A DNA stretch of 64,000 bases, from the NCBI GenBank assembly GCA_030867685.1, contig JAQOWU010000007.1, positions 1,426,001 to 1,490,000 of the forward strand, written 5' to 3'. The translations under genes and the position numbers were made by a program. The notes under the pieces were generated by a model that saw only the letters and a list, made by a program, of their open reading frames with translations, was not told where the DNA came from and made no database searches. This document shows, one piece after another, positions 51,590 to 60,306 of this stretch. This DNA comes from Wickerhamiella versatilis (Eukaryota). Within the stretch, counting starts at the first letter, position 1, and every line of letters starts with the position of its first letter.

Positions 51590-52900
51590 ATGGATGAGAA
51601 CCCAACAATTTTTCATTTTACTCAAGCAGCACGTCATAAACTAGATGCTGCGGGGTTTTGCGAGCTGCAGGAGCGTGATCTACCTCGCCTGGAACGTGGT
51701 GGGAAGTATTATCTATGCCGAAATGATTCCAACCTTGTTGCGTTCACAATTGGAGAGGACTTTATTCCGGGGATTGATGGTTATTCGATTGTCGCAACAC
51801 ATGCAGATGCAAACCATATGCTTCTTAAACCTACATCACTCCGTCCTGGGAGTGAGCTTGGACTAGTGACGCTCGGGGCCTCCACATACGGTGGAGCAGG
51901 AGGACCTGGCTGGTGGGACCGAGACCTAGGCATCGGGGGCCGTGTTATCCTGCGCAAGAAGTCTGGTGCATATACTTCGAAGCTTGTAAAGCTCAATGGC
52001 GCCGTGGCTTTTATTCCCAGGCTGGCCCCTCATTTCGGTAAGGTGTCATTGGACCATAACGAGGAAACACGCGAAGTTGCGGTGCTTGGATATTATGATA
52101 CTGATGACAGTCCAACAGATGAAGAATTGAAAAGCCCATTGGCTAAAAAGCATAATATACATCTACTCAGGTCCATCGCTGCAGAGATAGGATGTGAGGT
52201 TCAGGATTTGTATGATTGGGAATTGGAGCTCTTCAGTGCGGAACCAGCTCGAGCGGGTGGTTTGAATAGCCAGCTACTCCTGTGTTCCCGTCTGGATGAC
52301 AGGCTTTGTAGTTATACGGCACTGGAGGGACTTATCCAGGCAAAACCAACCCCGCATTCAGTGCAGCTCGTGGCGATGTTCGATAATGAAGAAGAAGGTA
52401 GCCTCTCTCGTAATGGTGCCTACAATAAGCTGCTACCGGCAATTGAGAACCTAGTCTTTGATAGCTTGGGGGCCACCACAGATGAAAGACGCATGTCTGC
52501 CGCGCGTTCGGTCATTTTGAGTGCTGATGTGACGCATGCAGGTAATCCAAACTACCTGGATGCGTATGACCCACAAAGCATTCCAAAGCTAAATACGGGT
52601 ATGGCTGTGAAGCATTTAGGCCGATTTGCCACCAATGCGGTCGGCACGGCAATTTGCGAAATTATATCTGAGGAGGCTGATTTGCCGTTACAGCATTTTG
52701 CGCCACGAAATGATACCTTAAGTGGTGGTACCATCGGCTCAATGGTTGCGTCGAGTACTGGCATGTTGACTGTGGACATTGGCATCCCGATTCTCGCAAT
52801 GCACTCCATCAGGGAAGCAACAGGAATTCGTGATATCTCGCTATCAACCCGGTGGTTTCGTACTTTCTTTGGGTTGCCGCCATCTGATTACTTCGATTAA
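51590..52900 (+). CDS. M18 aminopeptidase, vacuolar aminopeptidase I (Ape1/Lap4)-like; true start possibly upstream
   Basis: NPT, HAD, WWDRDLGIGGRV, LDDRLCS, FDNEEEGS, SADVTHA, GGTIG, AMHSIRE. Confidence 0.9.
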   Translation: MDENPTIFHFTQAARHKLDAAGFCELQERDLPRLERGGKYYLCRNDSNLVAFTIGEDFIPGIDGYSIVATHADANHMLLKPTSLRPGSELGLVTLGASTYGGAGGPGWWDRDLGIGGRVILRKKSGAYTSKLVKLNGAVAFIPRLAPHFGKVSLDHNEETREVAVLGYYDTDDSPTDEELKSPLAKKHNIHLLRSIAAEIGCEVQDLYDWELELFSAEPARAGGLNSQLLLCSRLDDRLCSYTALEGLIQAKPTPHSVQLVAMFDNEEEGSLSRNGAYNKLLPAIENLVFDSLGATTDERRMSAARSVILSADVTHAGNPNYLDAYDPQSIPKLNTGMAVKHLGRFATNAVGTAICEIISEEADLPLQHFAPRNDTLSGGTIGSMVASSTGMLTVDIGIPILAMHSIREATGIRDISLSTRWFRTFFGLPPSDYFD

Positions 52901-53049
52901 TGGAATTTTCTTTTCCCTTTAATTAATTTCTTATTTTGATGAATACCTTGCTCTTCCAGGGGTCACAAAACATGCTGCTAGGTTTTACTTATGCAAATAT
53001 AAACATAAAATCTAGCTAAATCTTTGATTTCTGTTTTTTCCACTGCCAC

Positions 53050-54096
53050 TTAGGACGGTACGTCTCCTACTGAACCTCTGCGGCTTAGTACAGGTTCATT
53101 ATTGAGAACTTCATACGGTGGTTCTGAACTTGGCGAAATGGGTCGTACAGGAGCAACGTCCTGATCAGAATCAGAATCGTCATAGGGCTCGACCATCCCG
53201 AACTTCGCACCCTTTAATGGCTTGCTGCCGGCATCGGCATCCGGCGTGCTTGTTAGCATGCCTAGTCCACCAGTAAGTTGGGCAAGGCGTGCTTGACGAA
53301 GGTCCTCAGCAGCTTTCTCGTCATGATAATGATTACCCTTCACGAGATGGCGTACGTCATGGATAATATCCTTGAATCGATCATACGGAATATAGGGTAT
53401 CATATGTTCAATACAGTAATTTTCGAGTTTTAGACCCCGGCGAGCAAATAAAATGTCTGCTTGAGATGCCGCAGCGAGATCAGAAACTCCGTCTCCTATA
53501 AACACAATTTTTGGGGGGGGCTGGCCTTCCTTGGAGTTTGCCGCCCTCCACTCTTTCACGCTCTGCGCTTTATCATGGCCCAATGGACTATCATGTCGCC
53601 ATTTAATACTCCATTTTCCATCTTCAGTCACTGTTCCATTATTTGAAATAACTTCGATCTGGCTCGAGCGCTCCTTTCCCAGAAATTCATCAAGGGCGGC
53701 CCGCAGCAGCGGCTCAGCGCCGGCCGAGATTACAGTAAACGGTATATTATGTTGTTGCAAATATGAAAAAAATGTGTAAAAATCAGGGTCGATAACCAGG
53801 GTCTCTTTCAACTTGGCAATTGCGTTTGGCAACGTAACATTAAGAGAACCCCATAGCTCTTCGGAAGCCTCCCGGAATGTTCTAGTCTCGCCAATGGACT
53901 CATCAAGCTTTCTGCGACCTTCGGGGCCACAACCAAAATTGTCAAATAGAACATGGCCTGTATCCTGGAGAAAAATGGTCCCATCAAAGTCACTGAATAC
54001 AGCTAGTGGTCGGTCCGATTCTGCGAGCGCAGCAAGGTGGCCGCTCGAAGGCCTGGGAACCGCTAATGTTCTCACGAATTCTGAGGGTGCACTCAT
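53050..54096 (-). CDS. HAD-superfamily phosphatase (MtnX/Pyp1-like)
   Basis: Motif I FSDFDGTI, VISAG, GHDK, FIGDGVSDLAAA. First ATG at 54096. Confidence 0.87.
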   Translation of the reverse strand: MSAPSEFVRTLAVPRPSSGHLAALAESDRPLAVFSDFDGTIFLQDTGHVLFDNFGCGPEGRRKLDESIGETRTFREASEELWGSLNVTLPNAIAKLKETLVIDPDFYTFFSYLQQHNIPFTVISAGAEPLLRAALDEFLGKERSSQIEVISNNGTVTEDGKWSIKWRHDSPLGHDKAQSVKEWRAANSKEGQPPPKIVFIGDGVSDLAAASQADILFARRGLKLENYCIEHMIPYIPYDRFKDIIHDVRHLVKGNHYHDEKAAEDLRQARLAQLTGGLGMLTSTPDADAGSKPLKGAKFGMVEPYDDSDSDQDVAPVRPISPSSEPPYEVLNNEPVLSRRGSVGDVPS

Positions 54097-54554
54097 GACT
54101 TCAATTATTTGTCCTTGTAGCACGAAAACAAACAAGAATGGCTAAAATTGGTTTCCCTGGGACTACTTAGTACTTTAGGTTTAGGGCGCAGGCCTCACCT
54201 AGGGGAGCAACTGCATTGCATGAGACCACATACGAGAATATTGATTAGCACGAGAAACTCGGGGGAAAAACAGGTATGATAAATTTAATTAATTATATAT
54301 TCGATCCTCGCATCATGAATGGGGCGAACGCCGTCATCTTAGACTTTTTTTTCCACCGACTTTCGTCCGAGGGGATCGCCACGAAATCAGCCACAGATAA
54401 TTAATCAAACGGTTTCTAATTTATCCGTACAAGCGTATAGGACGATCAAGATTCCGGCTCTTGATGGCCCTCCTTAAGGTATGCATAGAGGCTTAGCTAT
54501 ATTAAACTTTGAGAGAACAATGATAAGGTCTGGTATCATTCTAGAACAATAGTA

Positions 54555-55697
54555 ATGTCCATACAGCTTCTATCTTCCAGCAAAGCAGAAAAGAGCCAGA
54601 TTGCAGCGCTTCTGTCAAACAATCGCTCCAATGTCTTGCTGCCCTTTGTTGGAGTCGGGATACTAACTTCCGTTTTCCGGCTCAATTGCACAATAGTGTT
54701 CACGACAAATTTTATAGCCATTATACCTCTTGCTGGATTATTGAGTGACCTGACCGAAATTCTAGCCTGTACTTATGGGAATATTGTCGGCGGGTTATTA
54801 AATGCAACATTTGGCAATGCGGTGGAATTATTAGTTGCAACCATAGCATTAACCCACGGCGAGATTCGCATCGCTCAGACAGCAATGCTGGGCTCTCTAT
54901 TTTCAAATCTCTTGCTTGTTCTGGGATGCGCATTTGTGGCAGGCGGATCCACCCGATTACAACAATCCTTCAACATAACTGCTGCCCAAACTATGTGTAG
55001 TATGATGGCCATATCCTGCATCTCATTATTGATTCCAGCTGCGTTCACAATGACTGTTCCAGCGGTATATAAAGTTGAAGTTATCAATGTCAGCCGATGG
55101 ACCTCTGTGGTCCTTTTGGTAATATACGCCTTGTATTTATTTTTCCAGCTGAGAACCCATCGTGTGTTTTTCGAGGCTCCTGATGAAGACGATGTCGAGG
55201 AGGACAATCTACCTCATTTTAACCGGTATGCCTGCCTAGGCACAATGATGATAGTTGCCTTTGCTGTATCGGTATGTGCAGAGCTTCTTGTCGGATCCAT
55301 AGAAGGAACAGTAAACGAGACAGGTCTAAGCAAGACCTTCATCGGCCTAATTCTGCTACCAATAGTGGGCAATGCGGCAGAGCATGTTACTGCAATCTTC
55401 ATGGCGATGAGAAACAAGCTTGACTTGACGATAAGTATAGCCATAGGATCCTCACTACAAGTCTCATTGTTCCTCACACCCTTTCTTGTTGTGCTTGGCT
55501 GGATTCTAAATATTCCAATGTCGCTCTATTTCCACATGTTTGAAACAATATCGTTATTTGTGACCGTTTTCCTGACAGCACTCATAGTACAAGACGGAGA
55601 GTCAAATTGGTTTGAGGGGATTATGCTCATTGGAATATACTTTATAATAGCAATTGCGTTCTTGTATTACCCTGAGATATCAGAACCTCTCGTTTGA
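54555..55697 (+). CDS. VCX1: Vacuolar Ca2+/H+ exchanger
   Basis: Alpha repeats GGLLNATFGNAVE and LPIVGNAAEH, acidic loop, DGESNWFEG. Confidence 0.95.
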   Translation: MSIQLLSSSKAEKSQIAALLSNNRSNVLLPFVGVGILTSVFRLNCTIVFTTNFIAIIPLAGLLSDLTEILACTYGNIVGGLLNATFGNAVELLVATIALTHGEIRIAQTAMLGSLFSNLLLVLGCAFVAGGSTRLQQSFNITAAQTMCSMMAISCISLLIPAAFTMTVPAVYKVEVINVSRWTSVVLLVIYALYLFFQLRTHRVFFEAPDEDDVEEDNLPHFNRYACLGTMMIVAFAVSVCAELLVGSIEGTVNETGLSKTFIGLILLPIVGNAAEHVTAIFMAMRNKLDLTISIAIGSSLQVSLFLTPFLVVLGWILNIPMSLYFHMFETISLFVTVFLTALIVQDGESNWFEGIMLIGIYFIIAIAFLYYPEISEPLV

Positions 55698-55704
55698 GGT
55701 AAAG

Positions 55705-56865
55705 CTATTTATCAGAAAGTTTTTTCTGACCACTGGAAAACTTGTCATGATTAGGCGGTAGCTCCAACCCTTTTTCTCGTGCCAGTTCTGTTTCAATCTG
55801 GTTAAGCCGCTCTGGGGTTTTCAGCTCGTCCACATGTAACAACGATGCATGGGGGATGAATTTATTCTCTTGCTCTTTCGCCAAATCTTCTGCCCAGGTA
55901 AGGAGCTTGCCGTCCTCACCCCTCCTCGAATACGGTGATCCCTCACGTAAATATTTCGTTTCTTGCATTCGTTTCATAAACCTAAGGTCCGCTGGATCCT
56001 GATCCGGCTCAACCCATTCAAAACCTGCGCCTCCTCTGGCCCAAAACTCTTTCAAATGAGCCTCATCAGCAGTCTCTACAGCCTGCAATTGGCGATCACG
56101 CAAATCTCTGAGTAACTGAAGGGAAACCTCGCCTCGATTTTCTGGCAAAGATCGATTTACGTCGGCTAGCACAGTTGCCATGCGCATCTCACGCGAGTGA
56201 CGATATCTATAAAGTAGCGATGTTCCCTTAACCCATTCAAGGATGTCTCCAAGGCTTCCAGTTCTCGCGTTACCTAGTGAGAGCATTCCATACGCAGATA
56301 GAGATGTAAGATACGTAGCAACCATACCTAATATCATTGGACGCTGCGACCAGACGCCGATGATTCCTGAAGCTAATAAGGAATTTGTACCGGTTAGCAC
56401 GCTACCCATGGCAGTAAGCCAGACTAGGCCCACCTTACGCAGATGAGAAGTGGTTTTCTTGGCATAGACACCCGTATCGCTAGCAACCAAGTCCATTATA
56501 TTAAGGGCCTCCCGAAACTCTGCGGTATATATAGCCCTACGGAAAGGAATCATCAGCATGCTTTCTGGTAATGTGATTTCCTGGGAAGTGACATGCTTCA
56601 AGAGCGTCGTCGATAGCTTGGGACCTGCCTTACAAAAAAACTGGCGTATAGTCTCATGAGGGAAGGTCGGCTTCAGCTCTAAGATCGACCCCAAGAGCGA
56701 GGATGCCTCTTTGGTATAACTCTTGTTGTCGAGAGAGGCACAAGACATAAGAGCATTATGAACCTTTGAACTCTCTGGATGGGACAAATAACTTTTCACC
56801 GCAGCCTCCAAGTTAAGTGCATCCCCTGACACCTTACTATAACGTCGTACTAGCAGACGCTGCAT
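55705..56865 (-). CDS. Uncharacterised probable mitochondrial membrane protein
   Basis: 386-aa ORF with a presequence-like start (MQRLLVRRYS), two central hydrophobic segments and an FEWVEPDQDPA motif. Confidence 0.7.
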   Translation of the reverse strand: MQRLLVRRYSKVSGDALNLEAAVKSYLSHPESSKVHNALMSCASLDNKSYTKEASSLLGSILELKPTFPHETIRQFFCKAGPKLSTTLLKHVTSQEITLPESMLMIPFRRAIYTAEFREALNIMDLVASDTGVYAKKTTSHLRKVGLVWLTAMGSVLTGTNSLLASGIIGVWSQRPMILGMVATYLTSLSAYGMLSLGNARTGSLGDILEWVKGTSLLYRYRHSREMRMATVLADVNRSLPENRGEVSLQLLRDLRDRQLQAVETADEAHLKEFWARGGAGFEWVEPDQDPADLRFMKRMQETKYLREGSPYSRRGEDGKLLTWAEDLAKEQENKFIPHASLLHVDELKTPERLNQIETELAREKGLELPPNHDKFSSGQKKLSDK

Positions 56866-57108
56866 GGCACTTGCTCAGCTAAGCAAAGTCGACCGAACTT
56901 ATCTATACTTTAAAGCAAGACTCTTCCTATTTATTACTCTTTTTTTTTGTTCAGATTAACTATATACCGCATTATTATCTTCCTCGTTAGCCTATCCCAA
57001 GTCAGAAGGTTTTGAATTATCGAGTCACCCGAGGTGATTTGATTGGCATTAACAGCTCCGCACACAGAAAATATTTTAAAACCAAGCTAAATCTACATTC
57101 ACATCACG

Positions 57109-58326
57109 CTATTCATGAGAGGGAATTGATAAAATACTTTTCAATAGATATGATGCGAAATCGTGTTCAAAGGGCGACTCCTCCGCCACTGAAATGTGAC
57201 AACCTCGATCAGAATTGAGCCACCCTTGCGCATCGTAGTAAGGGTTTTTGCTTTTAGGTATTCCACGTCTATCAATGATAGTTTGGCCAAGGCTCCATCG
57301 CCCATTTGTTTCCACGCGGATGTCCAAATCATGCACGATTCTCCAGCCGGGGCGATCGGATGCAACTGCATAGGCTGCTGTAAGAGGATCATGTAATTGA
57401 CAAGAAGCCTGATCTGGGCCTTTACCTGAAATAGCACCGTAATTGGCAAATGAGGCAGTTATCCATGTGAAAACCCATCGTGCTAGAACTGAATCAGGAT
57501 ATTTCTCCAATTGACGCCCGATAATAGAATTAACATCACTCCGATGCAACATATGTCTCTCTGTTAGATCCAAGGGGAAAAGAATCAACAATGGTGGGGT
57601 TGCCTGAGGTTTCAATAACGCTTCAGGGGTACCGCTTGGCATGACATCCGACGGATATGGCGAAGTCAACCCGTAAACTAAAGACGCAGCTGTGGGGTCC
57701 GCATAAACGTTAAATTCAGCTAAAGGGGTTATATTTCCCGAATGTCGTAAGGCCGCTCCCATAACAAGAATATTCTTCGCGCGCGAGAGTGCTCCTGGAT
57801 CGATAGTTGCAACCTCGGCTAAATTAGTTAGGGGCCCCACAGCCATTATTGTTACTGTCTTAGCTGGTTCTGAGTTGAGAATGTCAACCAATGCTTGCGC
57901 GGCCGAGGTGTTACCAACCTTAAAGGGAAGCTTCTCGTTAGGCGGTACAGAATTTTCAAAAAAAGAGAACCACTCCGCTGGAGCGTCGAATTCGGGATTC
58001 GTCGAATGAATACCCGCAAGTCCATCCTGGCCATGAACTTCTTCGGCATCAACAGCGTTACCACCACCAATTGGGCCTCTTGCACCTATATAAATTGATG
58101 GGTGTTGGTCAGTTGCAGGCGGCCAGCCAATTTTAGCTCTCCAGTTATTTTCCCGTTCAATAACGGCAAAAAGACTTAACACATTCGCTAATGCGGACCG
58201 AAGAGAGCAATTACCATATGTTAATGTTATGGCCCTCAACTCATGTATTTTTCTTGGTTGAGAGAGTAATAGCAGCAATGCCAGTGTATCATCTACACCT
58301 GGGTCCGTATCTATTACCAATGTCAT
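57109..58326 (-). CDS. Inosine/uridine-preferring nucleoside hydrolase family protein
   Basis: IDTDPGVDD, HGQDGL, GPLTNLA, GNITPLAEFNVYADP, PLDLT, LHDPL. First ATG at 58326. Confidence 0.92.
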   Translation of the reverse strand: MTLVIDTDPGVDDTLALLLLLSQPRKIHELRAITLTYGNCSLRSALANVLSLFAVIERENNWRAKIGWPPATDQHPSIYIGARGPIGGGNAVDAEEVHGQDGLAGIHSTNPEFDAPAEWFSFFENSVPPNEKLPFKVGNTSAAQALVDILNSEPAKTVTIMAVGPLTNLAEVATIDPGALSRAKNILVMGAALRHSGNITPLAEFNVYADPTAASLVYGLTSPYPSDVMPSGTPEALLKPQATPPLLILFPLDLTERHMLHRSDVNSIIGRQLEKYPDSVLARWVFTWITASFANYGAISGKGPDQASCQLHDPLTAAYAVASDRPGWRIVHDLDIRVETNGRWSLGQTIIDRRGIPKSKNPYYDAQGWLNSDRGCHISVAEESPFEHDFASYLLKSILSIPSHE

Positions 58327-58386
58327 GTTACGTGCTCGGATCAAAAGGCTACCTCAGTGATTATTAATACATCTTAAGATCAAAAA

Positions 58387-58974
58387 ATGTCGGAAGTCCT
58401 CAATGAGAACCCCGTCGTATTGGAAGAGTGGCAACTCCCATCGAGAAAGCCTATCAATGCTAATGATGAAAAGATAGCTGATCTTCATAATCTCGAGGAG
58501 GTTTCTTTATTCGCACCCTCTCTGGAGGCTCTGCCTGAGTTAGACTATACCAGTGACGAATCAGAGGATACATCGGACGTCGAGCCTGTTGATCCTCAGG
58601 AGATTTATGACCTCATTTCAACATTGAGCGATCCTGAACATCCTTTAACTCTTGGTCAACTTTCTGTGGTTTCACTTGACCGCATACACGTAGATGATAC
58701 GGGAAACCCAGATGATATTGGAGAAGTCCATGTGGAGATCACACCCACAATCACACACTGTAGTCTTGCAACACTTATTGGGTTGGGCTTGAGAGTACGC
58801 CTAGAGAGGTCACTCCCACCCCGATTCCGGGTGAAAATTACCGTGACTCCGGGAAGCCACCAAAGTGAAGTTCAGGTTAACAAGCAGCTGAATGACAAGG
58901 AACGTGTTGCTGCTGCTTGTGAGAACGATCAATTGTTGGGAGTTATTGGACAAATGCTGTCGACATGCAAGTGA
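58387..58974 (+). CDS. CIA2: Cytosolic Fe-S assembly factor Cia2 (MIP18/FAM96)
   Basis: DPEHPLTLGQLSVV, TPTITHCSLATLIGL, VNKQLNDKERVAAACEN. Confidence 0.96.
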   Translation: MSEVLNENPVVLEEWQLPSRKPINANDEKIADLHNLEEVSLFAPSLEALPELDYTSDESEDTSDVEPVDPQEIYDLISTLSDPEHPLTLGQLSVVSLDRIHVDDTGNPDDIGEVHVEITPTITHCSLATLIGLGLRVRLERSLPPRFRVKITVTPGSHQSEVQVNKQLNDKERVAAACENDQLLGVIGQMLSTCK

Positions 58975-59063
58975 ACTATCTTATGGCATTATTATCATCT
59001 ATGAGCGCGGGTCGCCCACTGATATCATTACAGGAACAAAATTAAGTACATAACTAGATTAGA

Positions 59064-59894
59064 TTAGTCTGCCCTAGCATATCCAAGGCGTTCTGTGGCA
59101 TCAAGCATTCGTTTGCGCGTTGTTTCCAACAGTCCACCAACATCTTTAGGTTCAAGGCCCTCAGTTGAGATGGGTTCAAGCACCTCGATTGGAATAACAC
59201 CAGATTTAGCAATTTGCTTCCTCTTACTCCACAATGTCGAGTAGTTTGCCACGACAAAGGGAACAATTGGGATCTGGCACTGTTGTGCAAAGTGGAACGC
59301 ACCTTTTTTGAAAGGCAGCATCATAGGTTCAAGAGCATTGGATCTGGTGCCTTCTGGAAACATAAAAACACTCTGCTTTTCAGAGGTGACATGCTTACGA
59401 GCGCCTTCAAATGCCTTCAGTGCATTTTCCCGACTAGCACGATCAATAAAAACAGTGCCACTAGCCACCATAAACCATCCCAGGAAGGGATACCATTGCA
59501 AACTTCGCTTTGCAGTGACAGAGCACCATTTAGGGAACATAGCTCCCAATATGTATATATCCAGCATGCTTTGATGGTTTGACACAAAGACGGCTGGTCT
59601 CGTTAGCATATGTTCTTCGTTTTTAACCTCTACACGAAGTCCCAAGAAAACTCGGCATAAGAAATAAAATACTCTTGCTGTCACCCACTGTGATAGACCC
59701 TGCTTCCCTATTATTGTCAGGACCACAGACTCAGTAGCACCGAACACTGCTGCAACTGCCATCACTAGTACATAAACCACCATACGAGCAGGGTATTGGA
59801 ACCTTTTCAAGATACCAAAGTAACCCAGCGCCAAGGCACCCGCAACACCTTTTGCTAGGTATCTTCCAACGGGACCAAACGCACAGGCTACCAT
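59064..59894 (-). CDS. SLC1: 1-acyl-sn-glycerol-3-phosphate acyltransferase
   Basis: NHQSMLD, FIDR, FPEGTRS, PFKKGAFH. Confidence 0.95.
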   Translation of the reverse strand: MVACAFGPVGRYLAKGVAGALALGYFGILKRFQYPARMVVYVLVMAVAAVFGATESVVLTIIGKQGLSQWVTARVFYFLCRVFLGLRVEVKNEEHMLTRPAVFVSNHQSMLDIYILGAMFPKWCSVTAKRSLQWYPFLGWFMVASGTVFIDRASRENALKAFEGARKHVTSEKQSVFMFPEGTRSNALEPMMLPFKKGAFHFAQQCQIPIVPFVVANYSTLWSKRKQIAKSGVIPIEVLEPISTEGLEPKDVGGLLETTRKRMLDATERLGYARAD

Positions 59895-60080
59895 CGTTGA
59901 CTAACAATATTTCGATCCACCCCCAACAACACGTTTAGTAAATTACGAACAGCCTCCAAAACTTTATATAGTCCATATAAATCGTAAGTTACTTTGCACG
60001 TTCAATCAAGAGGGAAAACGCAAAAATTTACCGCACACATATATATTCTGATGCGGGAAAGAAATAATGGCAAAAATTTA

Positions 60081-60152
60081 TGCAGTCACCGCGGATTGAA
60101 CGCGGGACCTCAAGATCTTCAGTCTTGCGCTCTCCCACTGAGCTATAACTGC
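60081..60152 (-). tRNA. tRNA-Phe(GAA), intronless
   Basis: Reverse complement: acceptor GCAGTTA/TGACTGC, D arm GCTC/GAGC, anticodon arm CAAGA-CTGAAGA-TCTTG, T arm CCGCG-TTCAATC-CGCGG. A T5 terminator follows a few nt downstream. Confidence 0.96.
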
Positions 60153-60306
60153 TTAAGGTTGCTGAGTTTCTGGTGCTAAATTATAAGTAAATAAGAATGA
60201 AATCAGGACTGTGAGATTTTCGACAACTTCCTTAGTACATTGTTGTTTAATGATATTTGGATAATAATGTTACACTTTTAACCATATATTCCTGCTCTAA
60301 TCTACG

